DNA of 44,206 bases from a virus. Its lineage: Duplodnaviria; Caudoviricetes. The notes beneath the pieces were generated by a model that saw only the letters and a program-made list of their open reading frames with translations, ran no database searches and was not told where the DNA came from. This document shows, one piece after another, positions 34,258-42,276 of this stretch. How positions within the stretch are numbered: position 1 is the stretch's first letter; each line of letters starts with the position of its first letter. The position numbers were made by a program, and so were the translations under genes. The stretch lies in IMG/VR virus record IMGVR_UViG_3300017911_001503, positions 1 through 44,206 of that record; one strand, 5' to 3'.

Positions 34258-36708
34258 ATGCTCGACCCCTACGAACTGATGCGCCAAAATGGCGTATCTC
34301 TCCGCGAGAAAGCGATTGACTCTCGCCAAAAAGGCAGGCTGTCCACGACGCCCATCGGGGCGCGGATGCTGCGCGAAGGCTCTGCCTTGGTGCTGAAGTC
34401 TTTGCGGAAGTGGGTCAACACGATCCGCAGGACACGCAGAGGTCCCAAGGGGCACAGCCCTAGGGTGCTCCAGCTTTTCGAGGCTGTCGGGCTGGAGCGA
34501 GCGGTGGCGATCACCCTTCAAACACTGATTGACAAGACTTCTAGCTCGTCGTCTCAAGACTGCACTGTGGGCTCGCTCCGCACAATCTTGGGGCGCGGGC
34601 TGGAGGTCGAGGCGGAGTGGGCGCGGTTCCGCCAAGTCGACGGGGTGGGTTTCAGTTACACCTCGAAAGACTACCAGCGTGCTCACGGAGCACAGAAGGC
34701 TCGCCTGCACCGAAAGATGCAGGAACGCCTCACAGAGATCGAGGGGATGCTCGACTGGGACGCGCAGGACCGCGCTCTGCTCGCGTCTGTCCTCATTGAA
34801 CACGCGGTCACCGCCTCTGGGTTGTTCGTCGAGAAGAAGGAGCAGTTGCCCGGCAAGAAGCTTCGCAACATCATCGCGCTGCACCCCGCGATGCAGTCAT
34901 GGATCGCAGACGGGGAGGACCTTCTCGGAGTCCTGCCGCGCTACATGCCGATCACCGAGAAGCCCCTACCGTGGGGCAAGGGCCTGCAAGGCGGCTTCGA
35001 CGCCGAGTTCGTCGCGCCTGTGCCGTTTATGTCTGGCCGCAGTGCCGCCCAGAAGAGGGCACTCGAGGAGTCTGATTGTGCGGCTGTGTACACCGCGGTC
35101 AACGCTCTGCAAGAGACGCGGTGGTCGGTGAATCAGCACGCGCTGGACCTGCTGCGGCACTCAGTCGATTGCGGCTGGTCGGAGTGCGGCGTGCCTGCGG
35201 ACCCTGGGGAGCCTCCTGCCAGCCCGGACACAGAGTTCGACAAGAAGGCCCCTGAGTGGATCGAGTACTTCCGCCGCAAGCGTGCATGGCACATCGCCAG
35301 CAGCGACTTCCACGCGGCAGCGGGAGGGGTGGGCCGGTCACTGGCAATCGCTAGTGAGTACCGAGACCTCCCCCAGTTCTACATGGTCCACACGGTGGAC
35401 TTCCGTGGGCGCTGCTACCCCGTAGGCGCGGACCTAGGCTATCAGGGCGCCGACTACCAGCGGGCGCTGGCGCAGTTCGCAGAGGCACGCCCTGTGGGGG
35501 AGGGGCTTGACTGGTTTCTGGTCACTGGGGCGAACCTGTTTGGGGAGGACAAGTGCTCGCTCGATGAGCGCATCGCGTGGGTCCGCGCCAACTCCGAAGA
35601 GTTGATTGCGTGCGGGCAAGACCCGACGCGCCACCGGATCTGGATGGAGGCCGACAAGCCGTTCCAGTTCGCCGCATGGACTGCGGAGTACGCCAAGCTT
35701 CAGCACGAAGGCGACGCCTTTCGGTCTCGACTGCCCATCGGAATGGACGGCAGCAACAACGGCCTCCAGATCTACTCGCTGCTGCTGCGGGACAGTGTGG
35801 GCGGCAAGGCCACCAATTGTCTGCCGGGTGAGCGGCCCAACGACATCTACCAGATTGTTGCTGACCGCGCGACAGAGATCATCCGGCACGAGCTAAAGCA
35901 CTCCGACGAGCCCAAGCAGCGGCGGTGGTGCAGGCAACTGCTGGACTTCTGCAAGTCGCAGGGACACGAGGGCTTGCCCCGCAAAGCTGCGAAGCGCCCG
36001 ACGATGGTCCTGCCGTATGGCGGCACCCTGTACTCTTGTCAGGGCTACCTGTCGGAGTGGTACACGGACATTGTCCGCGGCAAGAACCTGCCTGAGGATG
36101 AGCACCCGTTTCCGCAGCGGGACGTGTTTCAGGCGCTGAACTATCTCGGTGGCCTGCTGTGGCAGGCGCTGGGCGACGTGGTTGTCAAGGCCCGCGAGGC
36201 GATGGACTGGATGCACGCAGTCAGCGACATCGTCTCGGAAGCGAACCAGCACGTCCGGTGGACGACGCCGATGGGGTTGCGCTGTCACCAGTCCTACCTC
36301 AAGGGCCGAGTGAAGCGCGTGAAATTGATGAGCGGCGCCAAGTTGGACATCGCTGTCTGGGAAGCCACCGATAAGGTAGACCCGCGTAGATCGCGCAACG
36401 GCTTTGCGCCCAACTTTGTCCACTCGCTTGACGCCTCGGCCATGATGCACACGACCAACCTGCTCAAGTCGCAGGGCGTCAACGACTTCCGCATGATCCA
36501 CGACGATTACGCGGTACACGCAGAACACGCAGTGACCTTGTTCAAGACACTGCGCTATGCTTTCGTAGACATTTTCCGGCACGACCTGTTGTCGGCCCTA
36601 CGCAACGAACTACAAGAGCAACTTCCGGAAGCGGAGATCCCGCCTCCTCCGATCGAGGGTGACCTCGAACTCGACAAGCTACTTACCTCAAACTACTTCT
36701 TCGCATGA
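34258..36708 (+). CDS. Single-subunit T7-type RNA polymerase
   Basis: DFRGRCYP, DGSNNGLQ, RKAAKRPTMVLPYG, APNFVHSLDA, IHDD motifs. Confidence 0.98.
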   Translation: MLDPYELMRQNGVSLREKAIDSRQKGRLSTTPIGARMLREGSALVLKSLRKWVNTIRRTRRGPKGHSPRVLQLFEAVGLERAVAITLQTLIDKTSSSSSQDCTVGSLRTILGRGLEVEAEWARFRQVDGVGFSYTSKDYQRAHGAQKARLHRKMQERLTEIEGMLDWDAQDRALLASVLIEHAVTASGLFVEKKEQLPGKKLRNIIALHPAMQSWIADGEDLLGVLPRYMPITEKPLPWGKGLQGGFDAEFVAPVPFMSGRSAAQKRALEESDCAAVYTAVNALQETRWSVNQHALDLLRHSVDCGWSECGVPADPGEPPASPDTEFDKKAPEWIEYFRRKRAWHIASSDFHAAAGGVGRSLAIASEYRDLPQFYMVHTVDFRGRCYPVGADLGYQGADYQRALAQFAEARPVGEGLDWFLVTGANLFGEDKCSLDERIAWVRANSEELIACGQDPTRHRIWMEADKPFQFAAWTAEYAKLQHEGDAFRSRLPIGMDGSNNGLQIYSLLLRDSVGGKATNCLPGERPNDIYQIVADRATEIIRHELKHSDEPKQRRWCRQLLDFCKSQGHEGLPRKAAKRPTMVLPYGGTLYSCQGYLSEWYTDIVRGKNLPEDEHPFPQRDVFQALNYLGGLLWQALGDVVVKAREAMDWMHAVSDIVSEANQHVRWTTPMGLRCHQSYLKGRVKRVKLMSGAKLDIAVWEATDKVDPRRSRNGFAPNFVHSLDASAMMHTTNLLKSQGVNDFRMIHDDYAVHAEHAVTLFKTLRYAFVDIFRHDLLSALRNELQEQLPEAEIPPPPIEGDLELDKLLTSNYFFA

Positions 36709-37283
36709 GCACGATTCTCAAAACCCCTATCGGTACGACCCTGTTTGCCTCGCTGACTAAGGCGGTGGTCTTCTCGCCCGGTGGCAAGATGGAACCTACG
36801 CCTGAAGAGCCGGGGCACTTCGAGACGCTTCTTGTTCTCGATCCCGCCAAACCCGAAGTCGAGGCTTTCCTCACGGAGCTTGCCGACAAGGCGGATGAGG
36901 CCGCGTCGGCACTCGGTGGTAAGAACCGCCGTGATCCCCTGTACTCGTTGAGTGATGATGTCGACGAGAACAAGCAACCGACGGGGTTTGTCCGTCTGAA
37001 GTTCCGGTGCCCGGCTGGCGGCACGACCAAGACTGGGAAGAAGTGGGCTACGACGATCCCGTTCTTCGATCACCAAGGTGAGGCGTTCCAGCCCGAGGCC
37101 GAGCTTGCCAACGGCAGCAAGATCCGCTGCTCGTTCGAGCTTCGTCCGTACTCCACGGGTGGGCTGACGGGGGTGTCGCTGCGCCTTCGGGCCACGCAGG
37201 TGATCTCCGCGGAGTATCGTGCCCAGAACTCGGCGGGTGACTTCGCTGGGGAAGCGGTGGAGTCCGAAGACTTCGACTTCTGA
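36705..37283 (+). CDS. ssDNA-binding protein (gp2.5-like)
   Basis: KTPIG, NGSKIR, GVSLRL.ATQVI and an acidic tail ending in Phe (EDFDF). Confidence 0.92.
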   Translation: MSTILKTPIGTTLFASLTKAVVFSPGGKMEPTPEEPGHFETLLVLDPAKPEVEAFLTELADKADEAASALGGKNRRDPLYSLSDDVDENKQPTGFVRLKFRCPAGGTTKTGKKWATTIPFFDHQGEAFQPEAELANGSKIRCSFELRPYSTGGLTGVSLRLRATQVISAEYRAQNSAGDFAGEAVESEDFDF

Positions 37284-37360
37284 TTGCTAGGCGGTAGCGT
37301 GGCCGTCAGCACGCCGAGAGGGTGGGAGGCCCAACACACACAAACACACACAGCACCGAA

Positions 37361-37801
37361 ATGAAGCTAGTACACGTCGAACTAAAAGAGGCCAACGCTT
37401 TCGTGGACAAACTGCACCGCCACTGTAAGCCGATAACAGGTCACCGCTTTTCGATTGGAGTGGAGAAGGACGGAGTCCTTGTAGGCGTTGCGATCGTAGG
37501 CCGACCCGTCGCAAGAAAGACCTGCCAGCGCACAATTGTCGAGGTGTCTCGCCTATGCACCGACGGCACTAAGAACGCTTGCAGCTTTCTCTACGGCGCA
37601 GCCGCGCGTGCCGCGAAGGCATTGGGCTACGTCAAAATCCAGACGTTCATTCTGGAGGAAGAGCCGGGCACCTCCTTGAGGGCCGCTGGCTGGTCTTACC
37701 TAAGCGACACGCCCGGCAAGGGTTGGTCAGTCAATAGCCGACCGAGACCCAACGATCCGTCACCCCGAGGTATGAAACAGCGTTGGGGCAAAACACTTTG
37801 A
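37361..37801 (+). CDS. XF1762-family protein (Mom/GNAT-like, putative DNA modification)
   Basis: ANAFVDKLHRH, GVAIVGRPVAR, EVSRLCTDGTKNACSFLYG, E.GTSLRAAGW; ATG at 37361. Confidence 0.8.
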   Translation: MKLVHVELKEANAFVDKLHRHCKPITGHRFSIGVEKDGVLVGVAIVGRPVARKTCQRTIVEVSRLCTDGTKNACSFLYGAAARAAKALGYVKIQTFILEEEPGTSLRAAGWSYLSDTPGKGWSVNSRPRPNDPSPRGMKQRWGKTL

Positions 37802-39441
37802 CATTCACCGCACAAAGGCTCCCCTGCCCCAAGTGTGGTAGCTCCCGCTCTCTTGCCATCGACGAAGAGACTGGCTGGGGCTACTGCCACCGCAACGAGT
37901 GCAGGGTGAAGCCGGACCCGACATACGACTTCAGCCCCAAGGAGATTAGCTTGGCCGAACTCATCCCGCAGGAGCAGATCACGTTTGGAGACCTTACAAG
38001 CCGAGGCATCTCCATCCTGACCTGCCGCAAGTACCGCTACGGCGTGGCGACCTACAACGGCCAGAGGTGTCAGGTGGCGCAGTTCACCGACGCAGCCGGG
38101 GTGGTGCGAGCGCAGAAGCTTCGACTGCCGGACAAGAGGTTTGTCTGGCTGAACGGGGAGGGCGCAGAGGAGGTCAAGGGCCTCTTCGGGAAGACGCTGT
38201 TCCACGACGGCGAGAAGAGCAAAGCCAACGGGCTCAAGTCGCGCATCGTCATCACCGAGGGCGAGCTTGACGCCTTGGCGTGCGCGGAGGCGCTCGGTAA
38301 CTGGCCCGTAGTGTCTGTGCCTGACGGCGCGGCGTCGGCGCAGCGGTGGCTCAAGAAGGACCTTGAGTTCCTTGAGACCTTCGAGGAGATTGTGCTGGCC
38401 TTTGACGGCGACGAGGCGGGACAGGATGCGACGCAGAAGGCTCTTGACCTGCTGTCACCAGGGAAGGCCAAGATCGTCCGCTGGCCTGCGGGCTGCAAGG
38501 ATGCCTGCGACGTGCTCGGTGAGCGCAGTGGACAGGAGCTACGCAAGATCCTGTGGGACGCCTCGGCCTACGCGCCTGAGTGGGTCGTCGACGGCGACAA
38601 CATCCTCGACGAGATCTTTGAGGGCGGACTAGAGCCGGGATTCCCGTGGCCTTGGAAGGGTGTCGACCACGCCTTTGAGGGCATTCGACCCAAGCAGATG
38701 ACTCTGATCGCTGCGGGCACCTCGTCGGGCAAGTCGCTGTTCTGCCGCCACCTTGCGCTGCACTGCGCTGAAGCAGGCAAGCGGGTGGGCTACATCGCGC
38801 TTGAGGAGAGCCCGCGCCAGTCGGCGCTGGGGGTCTACGGCGTCGCCCTGAAGCGGCACCTGCAACTAGAGCGGGACCTGCCCGAGGACGAGATCCGCGA
38901 GGTCCACGAGCGTCTCGGGCACAACCTTGTGTTCACGAAGCACTGGGGGTCTGCCGAGGACGACTCGCTGGTCAAAAAGATCCGCTACTGCGTCAAGGCT
39001 CTCGACTGCCCCGTCGTGTTCCTCGATCACATCTCAATTGCTATTTCTGGACTTGACGCGCAAGACGAGCGAAAGGCCATTGACAAGATCATGACTGATC
39101 TTCGGACTCTGGTCGAGGAGACTGGCGTCCACCTGTTTATCGTCAGCCACCTTCGTCGACCGAAGGACGGTAGCCACGAAGAGGGCATGGCGATTTCCAC
39201 TGGGCACCTCCGGGGCTCTCACAGCCTTGGGCAGATCCCCGACAACATTCTCGCTTTGGAGCGCAACCAGCAGGCCGAGGACATGGATTCCCGAAACACC
39301 ACTAAAGTCAGAGTCTTGAAGAACCGAGATATGGGGAGACTCGGTATTGTCGAGCACCTAAAGTTCGACCCGACTAACCACTGCCTTGAGGTAACTCCGA
39401 TCGACACTACACCCGAAGTTTCTTACGAAGAGTTCGACTGA
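37798..39441 (+). CDS. DNA primase/helicase (gp4-like)
   Basis: CPKCGSS zinc finger, TOPRIM ITEGELDAL and FDGDEAG, GTSSGKS Walker A, LDHISI, LRGS; probable TTG start overlapping the upstream stop. Confidence 0.97.
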   Translation: MTFTAQRLPCPKCGSSRSLAIDEETGWGYCHRNECRVKPDPTYDFSPKEISLAELIPQEQITFGDLTSRGISILTCRKYRYGVATYNGQRCQVAQFTDAAGVVRAQKLRLPDKRFVWLNGEGAEEVKGLFGKTLFHDGEKSKANGLKSRIVITEGELDALACAEALGNWPVVSVPDGAASAQRWLKKDLEFLETFEEIVLAFDGDEAGQDATQKALDLLSPGKAKIVRWPAGCKDACDVLGERSGQELRKILWDASAYAPEWVVDGDNILDEIFEGGLEPGFPWPWKGVDHAFEGIRPKQMTLIAAGTSSGKSLFCRHLALHCAEAGKRVGYIALEESPRQSALGVYGVALKRHLQLERDLPEDEIREVHERLGHNLVFTKHWGSAEDDSLVKKIRYCVKALDCPVVFLDHISIAISGLDAQDERKAIDKIMTDLRTLVEETGVHLFIVSHLRRPKDGSHEEGMAISTGHLRGSHSLGQIPDNILALERNQQAEDMDSRNTTKVRVLKNRDMGRLGIVEHLKFDPTNHCLEVTPIDTTPEVSYEEFD

Positions 39442-39848
39442 TGAAAACTAGAATCACCTGCAAAGCCTACTTCGACGCAGCGCACAGGATGTCGCCTGCA
39501 CCTGAAGAGGGCTACGATCGTTGGCACGGACACAGATACGAGGTTGAAGTCACCGCCAACACGTATGTCTGGAGCCATCTCCCGCTCGACGATTTCAGGA
39601 AAGGGGTCGCAGAAGTGTTGTCTGCCTATGACCACCGAACACTGACGTGGATTGGAGACGCTGAAGGGTGCAAGATAAACGAAGCTGTTGTGTTTCCTTC
39701 ACAGCCGACAATGGAGACGATCGCGCGGGCCATTTACGCTCAGATGCACTCGTGGATCGAAGAGCACTCAAAGGCAAAGTTGTACTCGGTGCGCGTGTCA
39801 AGTCAGCCGGACGCATATGCGGTAGTGTTCAATGATTGTGATGCCTAG
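39441..39848 (+). CDS. queD: 6-carboxy-tetrahydropterin synthase (QueD)
   Basis: FDAAH, HGHRYEVEV, DHRTL, PTMETIA motifs. Confidence 0.88.
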   Translation: MKTRITCKAYFDAAHRMSPAPEEGYDRWHGHRYEVEVTANTYVWSHLPLDDFRKGVAEVLSAYDHRTLTWIGDAEGCKINEAVVFPSQPTMETIARAIYAQMHSWIEEHSKAKLYSVRVSSQPDAYAVVFNDCDA

Positions 39849-40488
39849 CAACAGCGGTCGCTGGAATGTGCATTACTGGCAGGGCAAGTATGGAGGTTTG
39901 GGGCATTTGTACTCGCCTGGGGGCGCTAGAGGTCCGTTTGAGCATCTCCCATATGCACTGGACAACGGCGCCTATGGCGCCATGAAAAACAACCGCCCGT
40001 TTGACGAAGAGGGTTTTGAGCGGCACGTTGTGTGGGCTTCTGAGAAGGACAAGCAGCCTTTGTGGTTGGCTGTTCCAGACGTTGTAGGAGACCGAGAAGC
40101 CACTGTGCGCGAGTGGCGGCTTCGTGCCCCGAAGCTGCGAGATCGCTTTGGTTGGAATCTTGCTCTTTGTGTGCAGGATGGCATGAGGCCCGAAGAAGTC
40201 GTTGAACTCGGGCCGGACGTTGTTTTCGTTGGCGGGTCTACTGAATGGAAGTGGTCGACCGTGGCTGAATGGTGCGCGGTTTTCCCCAGAGTGCATGTTG
40301 GACGCTGCAACTCACCCCGTAGACTCTACGAATGCGCGGAGCTTGGCGTAGAGTCAGTTGATGGCACTGGCTGGTTCCGAGGCAACCAAAAGCAATACGA
40401 AGGACTCCATGATTTCATCAAGCAACAATCTCAAGGGCGGCGACCCTCGATACCGCGTCAAAGAGATCTTCCCTTCACTACAGGGTGA
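39832..40488 (+). CDS. TGT-fold protein; candidate DNA deazaguanine transglycosylase (divergent DpdA-like)
   Basis: ALDNGAY (cf. TGT DSGG[FY]), PDVVGD, VQDG, FVGG, VHVG, ESVDG order matches a TGT barrel; embedded between queD and queE. Confidence 0.65.
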   Translation: MIVMPSNSGRWNVHYWQGKYGGLGHLYSPGGARGPFEHLPYALDNGAYGAMKNNRPFDEEGFERHVVWASEKDKQPLWLAVPDVVGDREATVREWRLRAPKLRDRFGWNLALCVQDGMRPEEVVELGPDVVFVGGSTEWKWSTVAEWCAVFPRVHVGRCNSPRRLYECAELGVESVDGTGWFRGNQKQYEGLHDFIKQQSQGRRPSIPRQRDLPFTTG

Positions 40489-41080
40489 AGGCTCGAAGGT
40501 GGGCACACCGTGTCTGTTTGTCAGGTTTGCTGGGTGCAACCTGTGGAATGGCAAGGAATCCGGGAGGTCCGACGCCGTCTGCAAATACTGCGACACTGAC
40601 TTCTTGGGCGGGGACACGTTTACGCACAACGAGCTTGTCACAGAAGTCGAGCGTGCGTGGAATGCGGCCTTGGCACCGCCACTGATTGTGCTGACTGGAG
40701 GCGAGCCGCTACTTCAGGTGACAGACAAGATGGTTGAAGAACTGTCATACTTGGCTGAAGTCGCTATTGAGACGAATGGCACCGTACCAACTCCTACGGC
40801 TGACTGCCACATCGTGTGTTCTCCCAAGCCCGGAGCGCCTTTGCACCGCAAGGTAGCCGTTGACGAGTACAAAGTTGTCTACCCACAAGAGGGGCTACAA
40901 GGTCCCGATGAGCTACGCGAGTTCGTTCTAAGTTTGCCTGGACGTTTCCTAAAGGCTCCGGTTTACATCCAGCCTAACGCAAACGTGGCAAACGCTGAGC
41001 GGGCCGTCCTCAGGTTTCTGAAAACGAACGTCAACTGTCGAATGTCTCTTCAAACACACAAAATCCTGAATCTTCGATGA
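40409..41080 (+). CDS. queE: 7-carboxy-7-deazaguanine synthase (QueE, radical SAM)
   Basis: EIFPSLQGEG, FVRFAGCNL, CX14CX2C cluster motif, LTGGEPLLQ, IETNG, SLQTHK. Confidence 0.95.
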   Translation: MISSSNNLKGGDPRYRVKEIFPSLQGEGSKVGTPCLFVRFAGCNLWNGKESGRSDAVCKYCDTDFLGGDTFTHNELVTEVERAWNAALAPPLIVLTGGEPLLQVTDKMVEELSYLAEVAIETNGTVPTPTADCHIVCSPKPGAPLHRKVAVDEYKVVYPQEGLQGPDELREFVLSLPGRFLKAPVYIQPNANVANAERAVLRFLKTNVNCRMSLQTHKILNLR

Positions 41081-41601
41081 AAACGCTACTTCTCAGTGGA
41101 GGTCGTGAATCCTCGTATTTAGCCGCGACTCTTGGTGACAAACTAGATCGAGCGGTTCATTTCTATTATGGCCAGCCGCATATGAACGAGCACGCTTACG
41201 CGAATAAGATCGCTCGGCGTTTCGGCATCCGGCTGCATCACCACGACTTGCCTAACCTAAAGATGTCTCGTGAGAGGTTTGTGGTGCCTCACCGAAATCT
41301 GCTGATGCTTACAGCGGCGGCAGCTTTGGGCGCCACAGAAATCTGGCTTGGCGCGAACGCAACGGACTACGAGCTCTTTCCCGATTGCCGCCGCCCGTAC
41401 CTAGATCGCGCCGAGACTATGTTGGATGTGAAAATCCACACACCGCTGATCTACATGAAAAAGTCAGAGATTTCCGAAAGGCTGGAAGGTTTGGGCGTAC
41501 CTCTTGCCGATACATGGAGTTGTTACTTCCCTGTGTCTCACGGGGATCTCCACTATGAACCCTGCGGCGACTGCGCCGCTTGCCTTTCTTTCAACGACTA
41601 G
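41077..41601 (+). CDS. queC: 7-cyano-7-deazaguanine synthase (QueC), compact
   Basis: LLSGGRES PP-loop, VPHRN, FPDCR, TWSCY...PCGDCAAC zinc site. Confidence 0.9.
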   Translation: MKTLLLSGGRESSYLAATLGDKLDRAVHFYYGQPHMNEHAYANKIARRFGIRLHHHDLPNLKMSRERFVVPHRNLLMLTAAAALGATEIWLGANATDYELFPDCRRPYLDRAETMLDVKIHTPLIYMKKSEISERLEGLGVPLADTWSCYFPVSHGDLHYEPCGDCAACLSFND

Positions 41602-41602
41602 T

Positions 41603-41761
41603 ATGCCCCGCACCAAACGACGCAAGATCATCGCCAAGACCATCCACAAGGCGTTCCCGGATACCAACACCGCTATTCGCCAAGAGAGTAGCTTCCTAGA
41701 TATCATCATTGTGCTGCTGGTTGTGGTCGTGTTTCCGATTATCGCCATGCTCTTTGTCTGA
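41603..41761 (+). CDS. Small membrane protein (52 aa)
   Basis: Basic N-terminus plus C-terminal TM IIIVLLVVVVFPIIAMLFV. Confidence 0.65.
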   Translation: MPRTKRRKIIAKTIHKAFPDTNTAIRQESSFLDIIIVLLVVVVFPIIAMLFV

Positions 41762-42276
41762 TGGGTGACACGTCCAATCGCAAGTTGTTTGGCCTCGTCG
41801 GCTATCCCGGCAGCGGCAAAGACGCAGTCACTAGCGAGCTTTGCAGGTGGGGCGGCTACACGCGCTACGCATTTGGCGATGCTGTCAAGTCTCTCTTGCT
41901 AGCCATCGACCCTACTTACGAGAACTCAAGGACAAGGCTGGAGCGTTGGAAGCGCCGCAATGTCAACGACACTCGTGACAAGTTGCAACGCCTAGGACAG
42001 CGGCTACGCGACTTCGACGAGGACTTCTGGGTGAACTCCATGCCTCAGGTACTCGCTGATAAGTCCATCGTTACGGACATCAGGTACGAAAACGAGTTCA
42101 ACTGGGTCAAGGAGCGCGGAGGCATCATCGTAGCGATCCACAGAGAGGGCTTCGGTCCTATCAATGACCACCAATCTGAGCGAAACACAACCCGCCTGCT
42201 GAACATGGCGGATCACGACATACACAACAATGGAACGATCCCCGATCTCGCCGCTCGATTCCACACTCTCCTCTGA
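41761..42276 (+). CDS. Deoxynucleoside monophosphate kinase
   Basis: GYPGSGKD P-loop, AFGDAVK, RDKLQRLG, DEDFWV, TDIRYENE, HQSE motifs. Confidence 0.92.
   Translation: MGDTSNRKLFGLVGYPGSGKDAVTSELCRWGGYTRYAFGDAVKSLLLAIDPTYENSRTRLERWKRRNVNDTRDKLQRLGQRLRDFDEDFWVNSMPQVLADKSIVTDIRYENEFNWVKERGGIIVAIHREGFGPINDHQSERNTTRLLNMADHDIHNNGTIPDLAARFHTLL

Noticed and set aside
37284-37335. Small hairpins after SSB as a tRNA or known ncRNA
   Set aside because: Too short; no cloverleaf or T-loop; no tRNA gene was recognised anywhere in the window
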